Shown in pieces: positions 8,036 through 17,914 of a stretch of DNA of 32,000 bases. Positions within the stretch are counted from its first letter, which is position 1; each line of letters opens with the position of its first letter. A program made the translations under genes and the position numbers. The stretch is from Promethearchaeia archaeon (GTDB lineage Archaea; Asgardarchaeota; Lokiarchaeia; Sigyniarchaeales; SOKP01). The notes beneath the pieces were generated by a model, which saw only the letters and a list, made by a program, of their open reading frames with translations, was not told the origin of the DNA and searched no databases. The stretch lies in contig JAWOFX010000019.1 of NCBI GenBank assembly GCA_046497275.1, positions 1 to 32,000 of the forward strand, read 5' to 3'.

Positions 8036-8827
8036 TTGATTGACCGCGCTAGAATGAATTTAGGTAATAACATTATTGGTAGATTGGAAAATAGTGGAAG
8101 ATCTTTTGAAATGTTGATGGATCCAGAGAAGTCTTGGGAGGCTAAGAAGTATATTAGAGAGGAAATTAATAAGAGATTAAAGGAAGGTAAAAAAAGATCT
8201 CGTTTAACTCCTAAAGAAATAATTAATGATCCAAATATTACATTGGAGCTAATTTTCGAAAGTTTCATTGTTTTTGAGGATTTAAAAAGAGGTAAAAAAG
8301 CCACTGATGGAGATATGGAAGTTGTCTTCGGAACAACCGATGGAAAAGAAATCGGGGCACATATCTTATTAGAGGGCGATATCCAATGGACACGTTCACA
8401 GCGTGAAGAAGAAAGGGAGAAAAAACTTAAACAAATCATCAATATAATTTCTAAAAATGCCATTAACCCACAGAATAATAAACCACATCCCCCAGAGAGG
8501 ATAGAAAAAGCTATTGAAGAGGCAGATGTAAAAATTGATCTAATGAGAAATGCGGAAGAACAAGTGGATGATGTGGTAAAAAAAATACAAACAATTATTC
8601 CAATTAAAATGGAACAAATAGAGATGGCAATCAAAATTCCCACTTCATATACTGCAAAAGGCTATAATATTGTTGCTCAATTTGCGCAAATAAAAAAGGA
8701 GGAATGGCAAAGCGATGGTTCTTGGGTATCTGTGATTAGTATGCCAGCAGGTTTCCAAATGGAACTTTTAGATAAATTAAACAAATTGACGCATGGACGA
8801 GTCCAAACAAAATTAATGAAATCTTAA
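8036..8827 (+). CDS. sdo1: Ribosome maturation factor SBDS/Sdo1
   Basis: FEMLMDP, KATDGDMEVVFGTTD and INPQNNKPHPPERIEKAIEEA, in the canonical position after psmA. Confidence 0.93.
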   Translation: MIDRARMNLGNNIIGRLENSGRSFEMLMDPEKSWEAKKYIREEINKRLKEGKKRSRLTPKEIINDPNITLELIFESFIVFEDLKRGKKATDGDMEVVFGTTDGKEIGAHILLEGDIQWTRSQREEEREKKLKQIINIISKNAINPQNNKPHPPERIEKAIEEADVKIDLMRNAEEQVDDVVKKIQTIIPIKMEQIEMAIKIPTSYTAKGYNIVAQFAQIKKEEWQSDGSWVSVISMPAGFQMELLDKLNKLTHGRVQTKLMKS

Positions 8828-9091
8828 TATATAATTCTTTGTTCTTAAACCAAATTCTTCTATTTTCATATTTCTTGCATAATTAAAATTTATTATTATA
8901 ACTAGAAAGCCAGTTTTTACTCTGAGATAAAATTAAAATTTTTTTCCTTGGATTTTAAAAATTAATTTGAATGATTTAGTCTTAATTCCGATTATTAAAT
9001 AAAATTCAATAATGATGAGTAATTTTTATATAATAATTTGTAAAAAAATCTCTTTTATTTATTAACATTTATCTGTAAATTGTGAAATAAT

Positions 9092-9886
9092 ATGGAAAAC
9101 GACGAAGAAGAGGAACAAGACGATCAAGACGAGGAAGTAGAAGACGAAGAAGACCAAGATGACGAATTCGAAGACGAAGAAACTTTACGTGAAATCGTAG
9201 CACCAGGAGAGGTATTAAGCGAAGATTTGGAAACATATGTCCCAGGACGAGGGACAATTCTTAATAAAAAGGGCGATAAAATTATATCTGTAATGGTTGG
9301 ATTAAAACAGATAAAAAAGAACTATATTAATGTTATCCCATTAAATGGTTTTTATACAGCCCATCCAGGAGATAAAGTTATTGCTGTGATAACTGATAAA
9401 AATCCGGTAAAATATCGTTGCGATATAAATGCTAAGTATGAAGCAATATTAAAACCTCGAAATACGGTTAAGCATAGCAAACGCCGTATACGGGGTGATT
9501 CACGACCAGACACAGAGAAATATGACATCGGTAATGCTGTAATTGCTAAAATTATATCTGCTGATCGATTAAATAGCCCAGAATTAACAACGGTAGGAAG
9601 GTATCTTGGAAAAGTACGAGGAGGAATTATAATACAAATAGATCCTCCTAAAGTACCACGAGTTATTGGTCGGAATGGTTCCATGATCAAAATGCTGAAA
9701 AGTCTTACTGATTGTAATATTTTTGTGACCCAAAATGGACGTATTTGGATCAAGGGAAACGATATAGAAAAAGAGCGACTTTTAATCGAAGCGATTTATA
9801 AGATTGAACGAGAGGCGCATACGCAAGGATTAACAGATAGAATGGAAGAATTTATCAAAAATGAAAAAGAAAAAAGAGGGATATAA
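9092..9886 (+). CDS. rrp4: Exosome RNA-binding subunit Rrp4 (S1+KH)
   Basis: VAPGEVL..YVPGRGT and PKVPRVIGRNGSMIKML...VTQNGRIWI, plus synteny. Confidence 0.95.
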   Translation: MENDEEEEQDDQDEEVEDEEDQDDEFEDEETLREIVAPGEVLSEDLETYVPGRGTILNKKGDKIISVMVGLKQIKKNYINVIPLNGFYTAHPGDKVIAVITDKNPVKYRCDINAKYEAILKPRNTVKHSKRRIRGDSRPDTEKYDIGNAVIAKIISADRLNSPELTTVGRYLGKVRGGIIIQIDPPKVPRVIGRNGSMIKMLKSLTDCNIFVTQNGRIWIKGNDIEKERLLIEAIYKIEREAHTQGLTDRMEEFIKNEKEKRGI

Positions 9887-9889
9887 TAA

Positions 9890-10657
9890 ATGACTTTATT
9901 AATACCTGATGAATATCCAAAAAACTTATTTCGAGAAGACGGTAAACGCCTTGATGGGCGTGATGTATATGATTTAAGACCTATCAAAATGGAAGTAGAT
10001 GTAATTAAGAATGCTGATGGGAGTGCCTATATAGAATGGGGCAATAATAAAATATTCGCTTCCGTCTATGGTCCACGAGAAGTACATCCTCACCATTTAG
10101 CAAAACCTGATAAAGGGATATTACGTGTTTTTTATAGAATGGCAACCTTTTCGGTTTTTGACAGAAAACGCCCAGCTCCTGGACGGAGAGAAAAAGAAAT
10201 CTCAATGATTATTTCTGATTGTTTGGAGCCAGTTCTTTTTCTTGAATTATATCCGGGTACGAGCTTTGAGATCTTTATAGAAGTTGTAGATGCCGATGGT
10301 GGAACGCGATGTGCAAGCACTACTGTTGCCGCATTAGCCTTAGCTGATGCAGGAGTACCGATGAGAAGTTTAGTCACCTCTTGCGCAGTAGGGAAAATTG
10401 ATGGTAAGCTAGTGACCGATTTATCTGGAATAGAAGATAAAGCTGGGGAAGCTGATTTACCAGCAGCTATAACTTGGTTTAATGATGAAATTTCACTATT
10501 ACAATTTGATGGAAAAATAAATCAATCTGAACTTAATGAATCGCTTGAAATGGCTCAAGATGCTTTAGAAAAAATATATAATATGCAATTAGATGCGTTA
10601 AAACGAAAATATATTAAAATTCAACAAGATGTTCAAGAGATGGGGGTAGAAGAATAA
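9890..10657 (+). CDS. rrp41: Exosome catalytic subunit Rrp41
   Basis: RLDGR..DLRPIKME, ADGSAYIEWG and DADGGTRCA (RNase PH active site). Confidence 0.96.
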   Translation: MTLLIPDEYPKNLFREDGKRLDGRDVYDLRPIKMEVDVIKNADGSAYIEWGNNKIFASVYGPREVHPHHLAKPDKGILRVFYRMATFSVFDRKRPAPGRREKEISMIISDCLEPVLFLELYPGTSFEIFIEVVDADGGTRCASTTVAALALADAGVPMRSLVTSCAVGKIDGKLVTDLSGIEDKAGEADLPAAITWFNDEISLLQFDGKINQSELNESLEMAQDALEKIYNMQLDALKRKYIKIQQDVQEMGVEE

Positions 10658-10658
10658 A

Positions 10659-11486
10659 ATGATGGATATAAAAAGAGTTATATCGACAATAGAAAAAAGT
10701 TATATCAAAGAAAATCTAAAGAAAGATCAAAGAATTGATGGTAGAGGTCTTTGGGAATACAGAGAATTTGATATAAAAACTGATACAATCGCCGCAGCTG
10801 AGGGATCTTGTGATATCTCACTTGGAGACACGAGAATTATAATAGGAGTGAAATATGATATTGGGGAACCTTATCCTGACATGCGCGATGAAGGTGTATG
10901 TACGGTCATGGCAGAATTACTTCCGTTAGCATCTCCACTTTTTGAACGGGGCCCTCCAGATGAAGAATCCATTGAATTGGCAAGAGTCGTTGATCGGGGA
11001 ATTAGACATGCAGACTGCGTCCAAACTAAGAAACTGTGTATTAAAGAAGGAGAGGCTGTCTATATTGTATTTGTAGATATGTATGTCATTAACCATGGCG
11101 GAAATATGATTGATTGTGGAGGCGTAGGTGCATTAACATCTTTAATATCATCTCATTTACCAAAAGGAGAATGGACTAAGGACGGCCCTCAATGGAGTGG
11201 GAAATATTTCAAAGGGAGTGATATAGTGAATGAATTACCATTACCAATTACATTCGGAAAAATTGATGATGTTTTATTTGTCGATCCAAGCCTACCGGAA
11301 GAATTAGTCAGCGATGGCAGACTAACAATTTCAGTGACCGAAAATGAAATAACCAGTATACAAAAAAGTGGAGCAGCTACTTTCACTTCTGAGGAAATTA
11401 AGTTTTTAGGAGAAAAAGCGTTTGAAATTGCTGGAAACTTGCGTAAAGACTTAGATTTATGGCAATATGAAAAAACTATCGAATAA
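10659..11486 (+). CDS. rrp42: Exosome subunit Rrp42
   Basis: RIDGRGLWEYR, PLASPLFERGPPDEESIELARVVDRGIR and VDPSLPEE. Confidence 0.96.
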   Translation: MMDIKRVISTIEKSYIKENLKKDQRIDGRGLWEYREFDIKTDTIAAAEGSCDISLGDTRIIIGVKYDIGEPYPDMRDEGVCTVMAELLPLASPLFERGPPDEESIELARVVDRGIRHADCVQTKKLCIKEGEAVYIVFVDMYVINHGGNMIDCGGVGALTSLISSHLPKGEWTKDGPQWSGKYFKGSDIVNELPLPITFGKIDDVLFVDPSLPEELVSDGRLTISVTENEITSIQKSGAATFTSEEIKFLGEKAFEIAGNLRKDLDLWQYEKTIE

Positions 11487-11545
11487 TTTTTTTAATTTTT
11501 AATTTAATTTCTTGTTTTTTTGTACTTTTATATTTTTTATTTTAA
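11487..11545. terminator. T-rich terminator region between convergent genes
   Basis: Several oligo-T tracts follow the rrp42 stop codon. Confidence 0.4.
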
Positions 11546-11586
11546 GAAAGAAAAAATTAGTAATTTAAATATGGTAAATTCAATAA

Positions 11587-12555
11587 TTAATTTGAAACGC
11601 GTCGAAGGGTTTCAAATGTACCATATCCGTCAGTCCTCTCATCTAGTTGAAATTGACCAAATGATTGGACTAAAATAGATTGTTGATTATTTTTATCTTG
11701 AAATGGTACAGGAATTATTGGTCCAACTTCTGCCTTTAAAATATGCGTGATATTTTGGTTATCAATTAATTCTAATTTTGAACTAACTGGCATTATCCCA
11801 TCGTTTCTGAAAGTTTGCTCTAAAACTTTAATCGTTTTTAGGGGAATATTTTTTCCATTCCTAAATAAAAACCCCCCTGTAGATAGTTTTCCATCTTCAC
11901 CAATAATTGCTGCAGGATTAACAGCAAGATCCTCATCAAACCAGATTACATAATATAACCAATCACCGACTCCTGTCCAGTCTCGAACGCCATATGTATG
12001 GTCTCTCTGTCCGAGAATATCATTAAATTCATACGTCTCTTCACCTACCTTCAGAGTACCATTTATTTTCGCGATTTGTTCCCAATGTTTATCACCGGCT
12101 TTTTTTCCCAATTCTAAGGATTCTTCGGTCATATACTCACTATATTCATACACATCATTAATGGGATTGAACTTAATATTCAATTCTGCATTTTTAGCAG
12201 CAGAAATAAGTTTCGGATTTTTGCGTACTTCAGGAAGGTTTTCCGTATCATCTAAGAGGATTATATTCCCTTTAAATTTATAATTCCAGGTGCCATCTGG
12301 CTTCCAATCATGCTTCATTCCCCCAACTTTCAAAGAATCATTGAATTCTTTCAATTTCTTTTCTTGAAAATATCCTCCCCCGAACCCATCTGGGAGGAAT
12401 AAAAAGAAAAAGGTCATAGCCTCCTTTTTATTCGGTTTAAAACCAAGACGTGAGACCGCTCCAATCTCTTTCTCTTTATCATAAAACGCTAAATAATAGG
12501 ATTCATTCCATTCAAGATGATCTGTGAGTTCATTTGGATGAATAATAGGTTCCAT
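11587..12555 (-). CDS. Hypothetical protein, possibly of the AttH/tocopherol-cyclase-like beta-barrel type
   Basis: WNESYY at the N-terminus and a central HWEQ...GQRDHTYGVRDW, resembling the ESxY and RDHSWGxRxW motifs of that class. Confidence 0.5.
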   Translation of the reverse strand: MEPIIHPNELTDHLEWNESYYLAFYDKEKEIGAVSRLGFKPNKKEAMTFFFLFLPDGFGGGYFQEKKLKEFNDSLKVGGMKHDWKPDGTWNYKFKGNIILLDDTENLPEVRKNPKLISAAKNAELNIKFNPINDVYEYSEYMTEESLELGKKAGDKHWEQIAKINGTLKVGEETYEFNDILGQRDHTYGVRDWTGVGDWLYYVIWFDEDLAVNPAAIIGEDGKLSTGGFLFRNGKNIPLKTIKVLEQTFRNDGIMPVSSKLELIDNQNITHILKAEVGPIIPVPFQDKNNQQSILVQSFGQFQLDERTDGYGTFETLRRVSN

Positions 12556-12673
12556 TTTTATTTTCTCATTTTAAAAAATTTAATCTAAGTAATTGAAGAT
12601 AATGATGGAACTCATATTAAGTTGAATTATATTAAATAATCTTAAAAGAAGGTTTTAAAATAAATATATGAGA

Positions 12674-15394
12674 TTATTTAACTCTAACAACTCCATTATA
12701 ACCGTTTAAACTGACAATTTGCCCTGTTTTGAAATATTTACATGCATTCGAAATATTTGTTACTGCAGGTATTCCATATTCTCTCGATACAACAGCTCCG
12801 TGGGATAGTACACCTCCAGTCTCTGTGATTAAACCTCCAATCTTTGAGAAAATAGGCGTCCAGCCGGGGTCCGTACGAGGAACTACGAGAATCTCTCCTG
12901 GCTTAACCTTAGAGATATCATTAATTGTGGCTAAAACTCTTATTGGAGCGGTTATTTCACCTTGGCTTGCAGGTATTCCTTTAAAAAATGAACTATCCTC
13001 TTCATATTCTAAGCAATCATTATATTCTCTTTTACCCGAAATGAATTTTGGTGGTATCTTATCCTCATAATCCATAAAAATCTTCCTTCTTTCATTGATT
13101 TTAGATTTGACGACTTCTCTATCAATGTTTTCTTTGCTATCGTTAATTATGTTATAAATTTCCTTCCTTCTTAAAAAGAATATATCATCTTGATTATTGA
13201 TAATATCTTTCTCTTTGAAAATACTCCCAACTACAAGAAATAGTTCCCGATTCAATGTGATCCACTTGTCTAAATTAAATCTTTGCTCCTCTCTAAATTT
13301 AATATATTTCTTGCTTAGGTTTAAAATAATTGAAAATATCTTCCATTTTAGAAAGCCTAAAAATTGAGACCTAAATCTACTATAAACATATTTTTCTACC
13401 AGTTTCCGATATCTATCATTTTTGGATTGAATATTTTCTAAATTTTTCTCATGTTCCATTATTAGAGACTTTAATATCTCAAAAACATATTCAGGCGCTT
13501 CTCGCCAGCGAGGATAATAAGGTTCTCGAGTAAATCCTCTATCTCCATATTCTTCTAAAAATTTATCGAATTTATCAATAAATTGCTTAATTACTACATT
13601 ATCATAAGACTTTAATTCTTTGTAGAGATCTTTTGGGTTTGCTTTAGTTAGGATCTCTTTTAATTGATTATTTTGCTGAATAAATGCTGCTAAGTTGTGA
13701 ATTTCTTGATTTGTTTCCGTTAATTTATGATCTAGCCCAGAAATCAATATAGGATAAAATTTATAACATTCTTGCTTTCCTAGGAATCTCGTGAGAAGAT
13801 ATTGAACTAAAAGATTCATTCCAATATTATGAACTGGAATGCCATAACGAACCAGTCTAAAATGATCTCGCATAAGGATATCTAAATCTTCTGCTAATGT
13901 GAATAATTCGTTCAGATTCTTTTTATTCCTTAGTCTCTCTAATTTTTTATTGAATTCAGTATAATATGGATTGAATTTTTCTCTTGTCCATTCATAATAT
14001 GCTTTATCTGTTTTTGTAATAGAGCCATTAGGATCGTGGATCATTATTCTTAGTTCCCCTACTATACGATTTACAGTATGAAAAGGAAGATCCTCTATAG
14101 TTTCCTTGCCATATTCCCCTATTCCATTAGGGAAATAATTTAAAATATCTTCATTTCTCATAATAGAAGGAATCTCATTCTCCACTTTTCTTTTTAATAC
14201 TTCTAAATTAAAATAGACATGTCCATTATATAGTTTTAGAAGTTGTATTTCCATTTTCTTATATCCCATAATACTATTTAATTCTACATTTACAACATCC
14301 GTCAGTTGGTCTCCTAAAAGGTCAAAGAATAAGGGCGTCACATTATCGTTCCAATAATCGTCCGAATAACCTCGACTATAGATTACCTCTTTTGGACCCT
14401 CTTTCTTCCGAAAAGAAGTAATGGGTCGTGATTGTAGGATCGAAATTTGTTTTTTCTCATCAATGGCCCATTCTATATCTTGAGGTTTTTTAAATAAATT
14501 TTCAATTTCTGTTCCTAATTTTGAAAGAGTAAGAATCTCCTCATCTGATAAGGATGCCTTTAAAGCTGCTTGTGCAGATAATTTAATTGTTTCTATTCCA
14601 CACATATTCTCCTTATTATTAGGGTTTACGATGAATTCTTTTTTCCCTATTTTTTTATCAATGATTTCAAATTTTGTTTGTTTTCTTTGGGAATTCTTTT
14701 TAATAATGAATTGATCGGGAGAACAAATCCCAGCCATCACAGATTCACCTAATCCAAAATTCGATTCAATCAAAATCTCTGATTTTTCAGAAGTTATTGG
14801 ATTGATTGTAAATAAAACCCCTGCACTTTTGGCTGGAACCATTTCTTGAACTATTACAGCAATTTTTGTATCATTATGAGGGATTTCATTCTTTTTTCTA
14901 TAACTTATAGCTCGATTTGACCACAAAGAAGCATAACATTTTTTAATATGATGAAGTATCTCTTTTAGGGTTTTCAGGTTTAAATATGATTCATATTGCC
15001 CCGCAAAAGAGGCTTTTTCAGAATCTTCTCCGATCGCAGAGGATCTTACCACAAATTTCTCACATGAGATTGACTTAAAATCATCCTTGATCTCATCAAC
15101 AAGTTTCTTTGGAATTTCACCTTTTTCAATAATTATTTGGATTTTCTTGGAAATCTCTTCGATATTTTTTGAATCAGAAAAATTTAATTTTTCTAATAAG
15201 TCAGTTATCTTTTCTTCCAATTTATTTCTTTCTATGAAATAAGTGTATGCATCTGTGGTGAGAATAAAACCTTTTGGTATATTAAAATTATTTTTTATTA
15301 AATCTCCTAAATTTAATGCCTTTCCGCCAATTTTATCCTTATGCATTATATTAATACTATCAAGACCAACAGTTAAGGCATCCGAGCTTACCAC
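12674..15394 (-). CDS. PEP-utilizing enzyme, rifampicin-phosphotransferase-like (ATP-grasp + central domain + His swivel domain)
   Basis: IGGKALNLG, VRSSAIGEDSEKASFAGQYESYLN, PQDIEWAI and LQSRPIT at the N-terminus. TDPGWTPIF...ETGGVLSHGAVVSREYGIPAV at the C-terminus. No PEP-binding TIM barrel. Confidence 0.85.
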   Translation of the reverse strand: MVSSDALTVGLDSINIMHKDKIGGKALNLGDLIKNNFNIPKGFILTTDAYTYFIERNKLEEKITDLLEKLNFSDSKNIEEISKKIQIIIEKGEIPKKLVDEIKDDFKSISCEKFVVRSSAIGEDSEKASFAGQYESYLNLKTLKEILHHIKKCYASLWSNRAISYRKKNEIPHNDTKIAVIVQEMVPAKSAGVLFTINPITSEKSEILIESNFGLGESVMAGICSPDQFIIKKNSQRKQTKFEIIDKKIGKKEFIVNPNNKENMCGIETIKLSAQAALKASLSDEEILTLSKLGTEIENLFKKPQDIEWAIDEKKQISILQSRPITSFRKKEGPKEVIYSRGYSDDYWNDNVTPLFFDLLGDQLTDVVNVELNSIMGYKKMEIQLLKLYNGHVYFNLEVLKRKVENEIPSIMRNEDILNYFPNGIGEYGKETIEDLPFHTVNRIVGELRIMIHDPNGSITKTDKAYYEWTREKFNPYYTEFNKKLERLRNKKNLNELFTLAEDLDILMRDHFRLVRYGIPVHNIGMNLLVQYLLTRFLGKQECYKFYPILISGLDHKLTETNQEIHNLAAFIQQNNQLKEILTKANPKDLYKELKSYDNVVIKQFIDKFDKFLEEYGDRGFTREPYYPRWREAPEYVFEILKSLIMEHEKNLENIQSKNDRYRKLVEKYVYSRFRSQFLGFLKWKIFSIILNLSKKYIKFREEQRFNLDKWITLNRELFLVVGSIFKEKDIINNQDDIFFLRRKEIYNIINDSKENIDREVVKSKINERRKIFMDYEDKIPPKFISGKREYNDCLEYEEDSSFFKGIPASQGEITAPIRVLATINDISKVKPGEILVVPRTDPGWTPIFSKIGGLITETGGVLSHGAVVSREYGIPAVTNISNACKYFKTGQIVSLNGYNGVVRVK

Positions 15395-15772
15395 ATTTAT
15401 TCACCTAATAGTTAAATCATAATGGAATTATAAAAATAAAGTATTAAAATATGTTAAAATAACTTTTCATATAAAGGTTTTCTTTAATTTACTCCGTCAT
15501 TTTATAAGAAAAATACGATTAGATATTCCTAAAGTTCCTAATATTATTTGTTGTAGAACTCTTTCATTCTTAAAAGTGGTAAGGTAATGAAAATGATTTA
15601 TTATAAATCTTATAGACAACTTTTATAGATTTAAAAATCATTAAAAATATTCATATCGTTAATTCTATAAAATTATAGAATTCTTCGCATTAAACCTTAA
15701 ATTAGGGAAAATATTTATTTTATAAAATATTATGAATAGTAATCTAAATTCTCAATTAAAGTGAGATTTCTT

Positions 15773-16066
15773 ATGGGAAAAACCAAGAAAGTAGATGTAT
15801 CTGGGAAATATGGTGCTCGTTATGGTTCTGTGGTTCGAAAACGAGCTCGAGACATTTTTGTGCGTATGAAAAGCAAAAATATCGTGTGTCCTAAATGCAA
15901 AACTAAAGGTTCAATACATAGGGTTTCTACGGGGATCTGGCATTGTAAGAAATGTGAAGCAAAATTTACGGGTGGAGCGTATGATATTGTGACTCCAAGA
16001 GGCGCTGAATCTCAAAGAGTAGCTAGGAGAAAACAGAGGGAAATCGAGCTTGTAGAAGAAGAATGA
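15773..16066 (+). CDS. rpl37ae: 50S ribosomal protein L37Ae (eL43)
   Basis: GKYGARYGSVVRK, CPKC...RVSTGIWHCKKC..KFTGGAY. Confidence 0.96.
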   Translation: MGKTKKVDVSGKYGARYGSVVRKRARDIFVRMKSKNIVCPKCKTKGSIHRVSTGIWHCKKCEAKFTGGAYDIVTPRGAESQRVARRKQREIELVEEE

Positions 16067-16335
16067 GTGATATTTCCTATTATAAAATAGAATCAACCAT
16101 TACTTTTTCCTTTGAAACACCTCAAATAAGAGATATTTCATATGACTCATATTTACCAGAATATGGAACTTCAAGAGCTAAGCGTTCTAAAATAGTAATG
16201 CAAAAAAGAAAAAACAACATTTTAGAATTTCATATTTATAGTAAGGATATAACTGCATTCAGAGCATCTATGAATGATATTATAACATTTGGTAAAATTA
16301 TAGAAAATACCTTAAAGCTTATTGATTTTACATAA
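16063..16335 (+). CDS. pcc1: KEOPS subunit Pcc1
   Basis: IYSKDITAFRASMN matches the Pcc1 motif. It lies downstream of L37Ae with an ATGA overlap. Confidence 0.8.
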   Translation: MSDISYYKIESTITFSFETPQIRDISYDSYLPEYGTSRAKRSKIVMQKRKNNILEFHIYSKDITAFRASMNDIITFGKIIENTLKLIDFT

Positions 16336-16508
16336 TTTATTTATTAAATTAAAGGGATATAATTATTGAATTATAATTTAATTACATTCTTGTTTAAAAC
16401 ATAATTAAATTTTGATAAAACGGGATGATGATTAATAAATAATTAAAAAAAAATTTATTATTTAATATAATATCTTAAGCATAGAAAATAAAAACAATTT
16501 GAAAAACT

Positions 16509-16874
16509 ATGACTATTAATCCGAATCAACTTGATGAAGAATTACGTGAAAAATTGATGAATCTGCAGAATTTGCAGAATAATTTGGAATTTATTGTTAA
16601 TCAGAGAATCCAATTGGAGTCTCAGCTTAAAGAAACAGAACTTGCAATAGAAGAGCTAGAAAAGACAAGTCCAGAAGAAACAGTTTATAAATCTATTGGC
16701 GGTATAATGGTAAAAAGTAATAAGGATAAATTATTATCTGAGAAGAAAAACGATAAAGCTACAGCAGAAATGAGAGTAAAAACATTAAAACAGAAGGAAG
16801 AGCGGACAAGAAATCAATTGCAACAATTAAGTCAAACGCTTCAGTCTGAACTTCAACAAAAACAATCAACTTAG
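16509..16874 (+). CDS. pfdB: Prefoldin beta subunit
   Basis: Coiled coils flanking VYKSIGGIMVK, plus synteny. Confidence 0.93.
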   Translation: MTINPNQLDEELREKLMNLQNLQNNLEFIVNQRIQLESQLKETELAIEELEKTSPEETVYKSIGGIMVKSNKDKLLSEKKNDKATAEMRVKTLKQKEERTRNQLQQLSQTLQSELQQKQST

Positions 16875-16878
16875 ACTT

Positions 16879-17883
16879 ATGGAGAACTCTTATATAAATT
16901 CTTTTAAAGATTTTTTAACTAACAAAAATATTCTGATAACATCCCATGATTTAGTAGACTTAGATGGGTTGAGTTCTTCTCTTTGTCTTAATTTTTTTTT
17001 ACAAAATGAAAAAAATCTTGAAACTTCTCTTTATTTTTCGCAAATTTCTAAACATACAGAATTTTTTTTAGAGAAATTCAAGGAGAAATTCCCTAAATTC
17101 ATATTTAACATAGAACATTCTATTAGAGATTTGGAGATCGATGGAATCATCATTTTAGATGCAAATGAATTAGATCAAATTGTGTTTCTTGAAGATTTAA
17201 AGCAAGAAAGGAGTGATATCTCCTATTTCTTTATTGATCATCATTATAGAGATAGTATTACTGTAAAAAATAATCAAGCGGGGATTATTTTAGACAATTA
17301 TATTTCGACAGCAGAAATTATTGTAGATCTTTTAAAAAAATTTAATTTTAAAATAACTAAACCTCTCAAATATCTTTTAATTGCCGGAATATTATCTGAT
17401 TCAGGTTATTTTAAATTTGCGAATAATCATACAATTAAAACGATTAGTGAACTATTAGATAATGAAGTAGATTATCAAGAAATCTTAATGATGCTTAAAA
17501 CTGAACCTGATATCTCGAAGAAAATTGCACAGGTAAAGGGATCTCAAAGAGTAGAACTTATAAAAGAAAAAAATTGGCTTATTGGAATTTCTGAAGTTAG
17601 CAGTTTTGAATCAAGTGTAGCAAATACTTTAATTAAAATTGGGTTTGATATTGCGATAGTATTTTCTGAACGGAAAGAAGAATATAGAGTGAGTCTAAGG
17701 GCTAAAAAAAAAGTATGCCTTGAAACTAATCTTCATTTAGGAAAGATTTTAGAAGGGATTTCTAAAGAATACAACACTGTCGGGGGAGGGCATGATGGTG
17801 CCGCATCGATTAATATTCCAAAAGAAAAGGGAAATCTCAGAGACATTATTTTGGCAAAAATTAAAGATGTTTTAAACATATAA
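16879..17883 (+). CDS. DHH/DHHA1 phosphoesterase
   Basis: HDLVDLDG, IILD, IDHH, GILSDSG and GGGHDGAA motifs. Confidence 0.9.
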   Translation: MENSYINSFKDFLTNKNILITSHDLVDLDGLSSSLCLNFFLQNEKNLETSLYFSQISKHTEFFLEKFKEKFPKFIFNIEHSIRDLEIDGIIILDANELDQIVFLEDLKQERSDISYFFIDHHYRDSITVKNNQAGIILDNYISTAEIIVDLLKKFNFKITKPLKYLLIAGILSDSGYFKFANNHTIKTISELLDNEVDYQEILMMLKTEPDISKKIAQVKGSQRVELIKEKNWLIGISEVSSFESSVANTLIKIGFDIAIVFSERKEEYRVSLRAKKKVCLETNLHLGKILEGISKEYNTVGGGHDGAASINIPKEKGNLRDIILAKIKDVLNI

Positions 17884-17914
17884 TATCTTAATATATCTAA
17901 TTTGTTAACATACC

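Noticed and set aside
7933-8643. 236-aa minus-strand ORF
   Set aside because: Antisense shadow of SBDS.
9100-9180. GAAGAC/GACGAA repeats as a possible tandem array or CRISPR
   Set aside because: Explained by the acidic codons of Rrp4. There is no repeat-spacer structure.
12674-15394. Canonical PEP synthase (ppsA)
   Set aside because: The domain order is wrong: the His domain is C-terminal and there is no PEP-binding barrel.
15395-15770. Long AT-rich intergenic region as a possible ncRNA or origin
   Set aside because: Only short AT palindromes, as expected by chance in a divergent promoter region. No ORB-like repeats were recognised.
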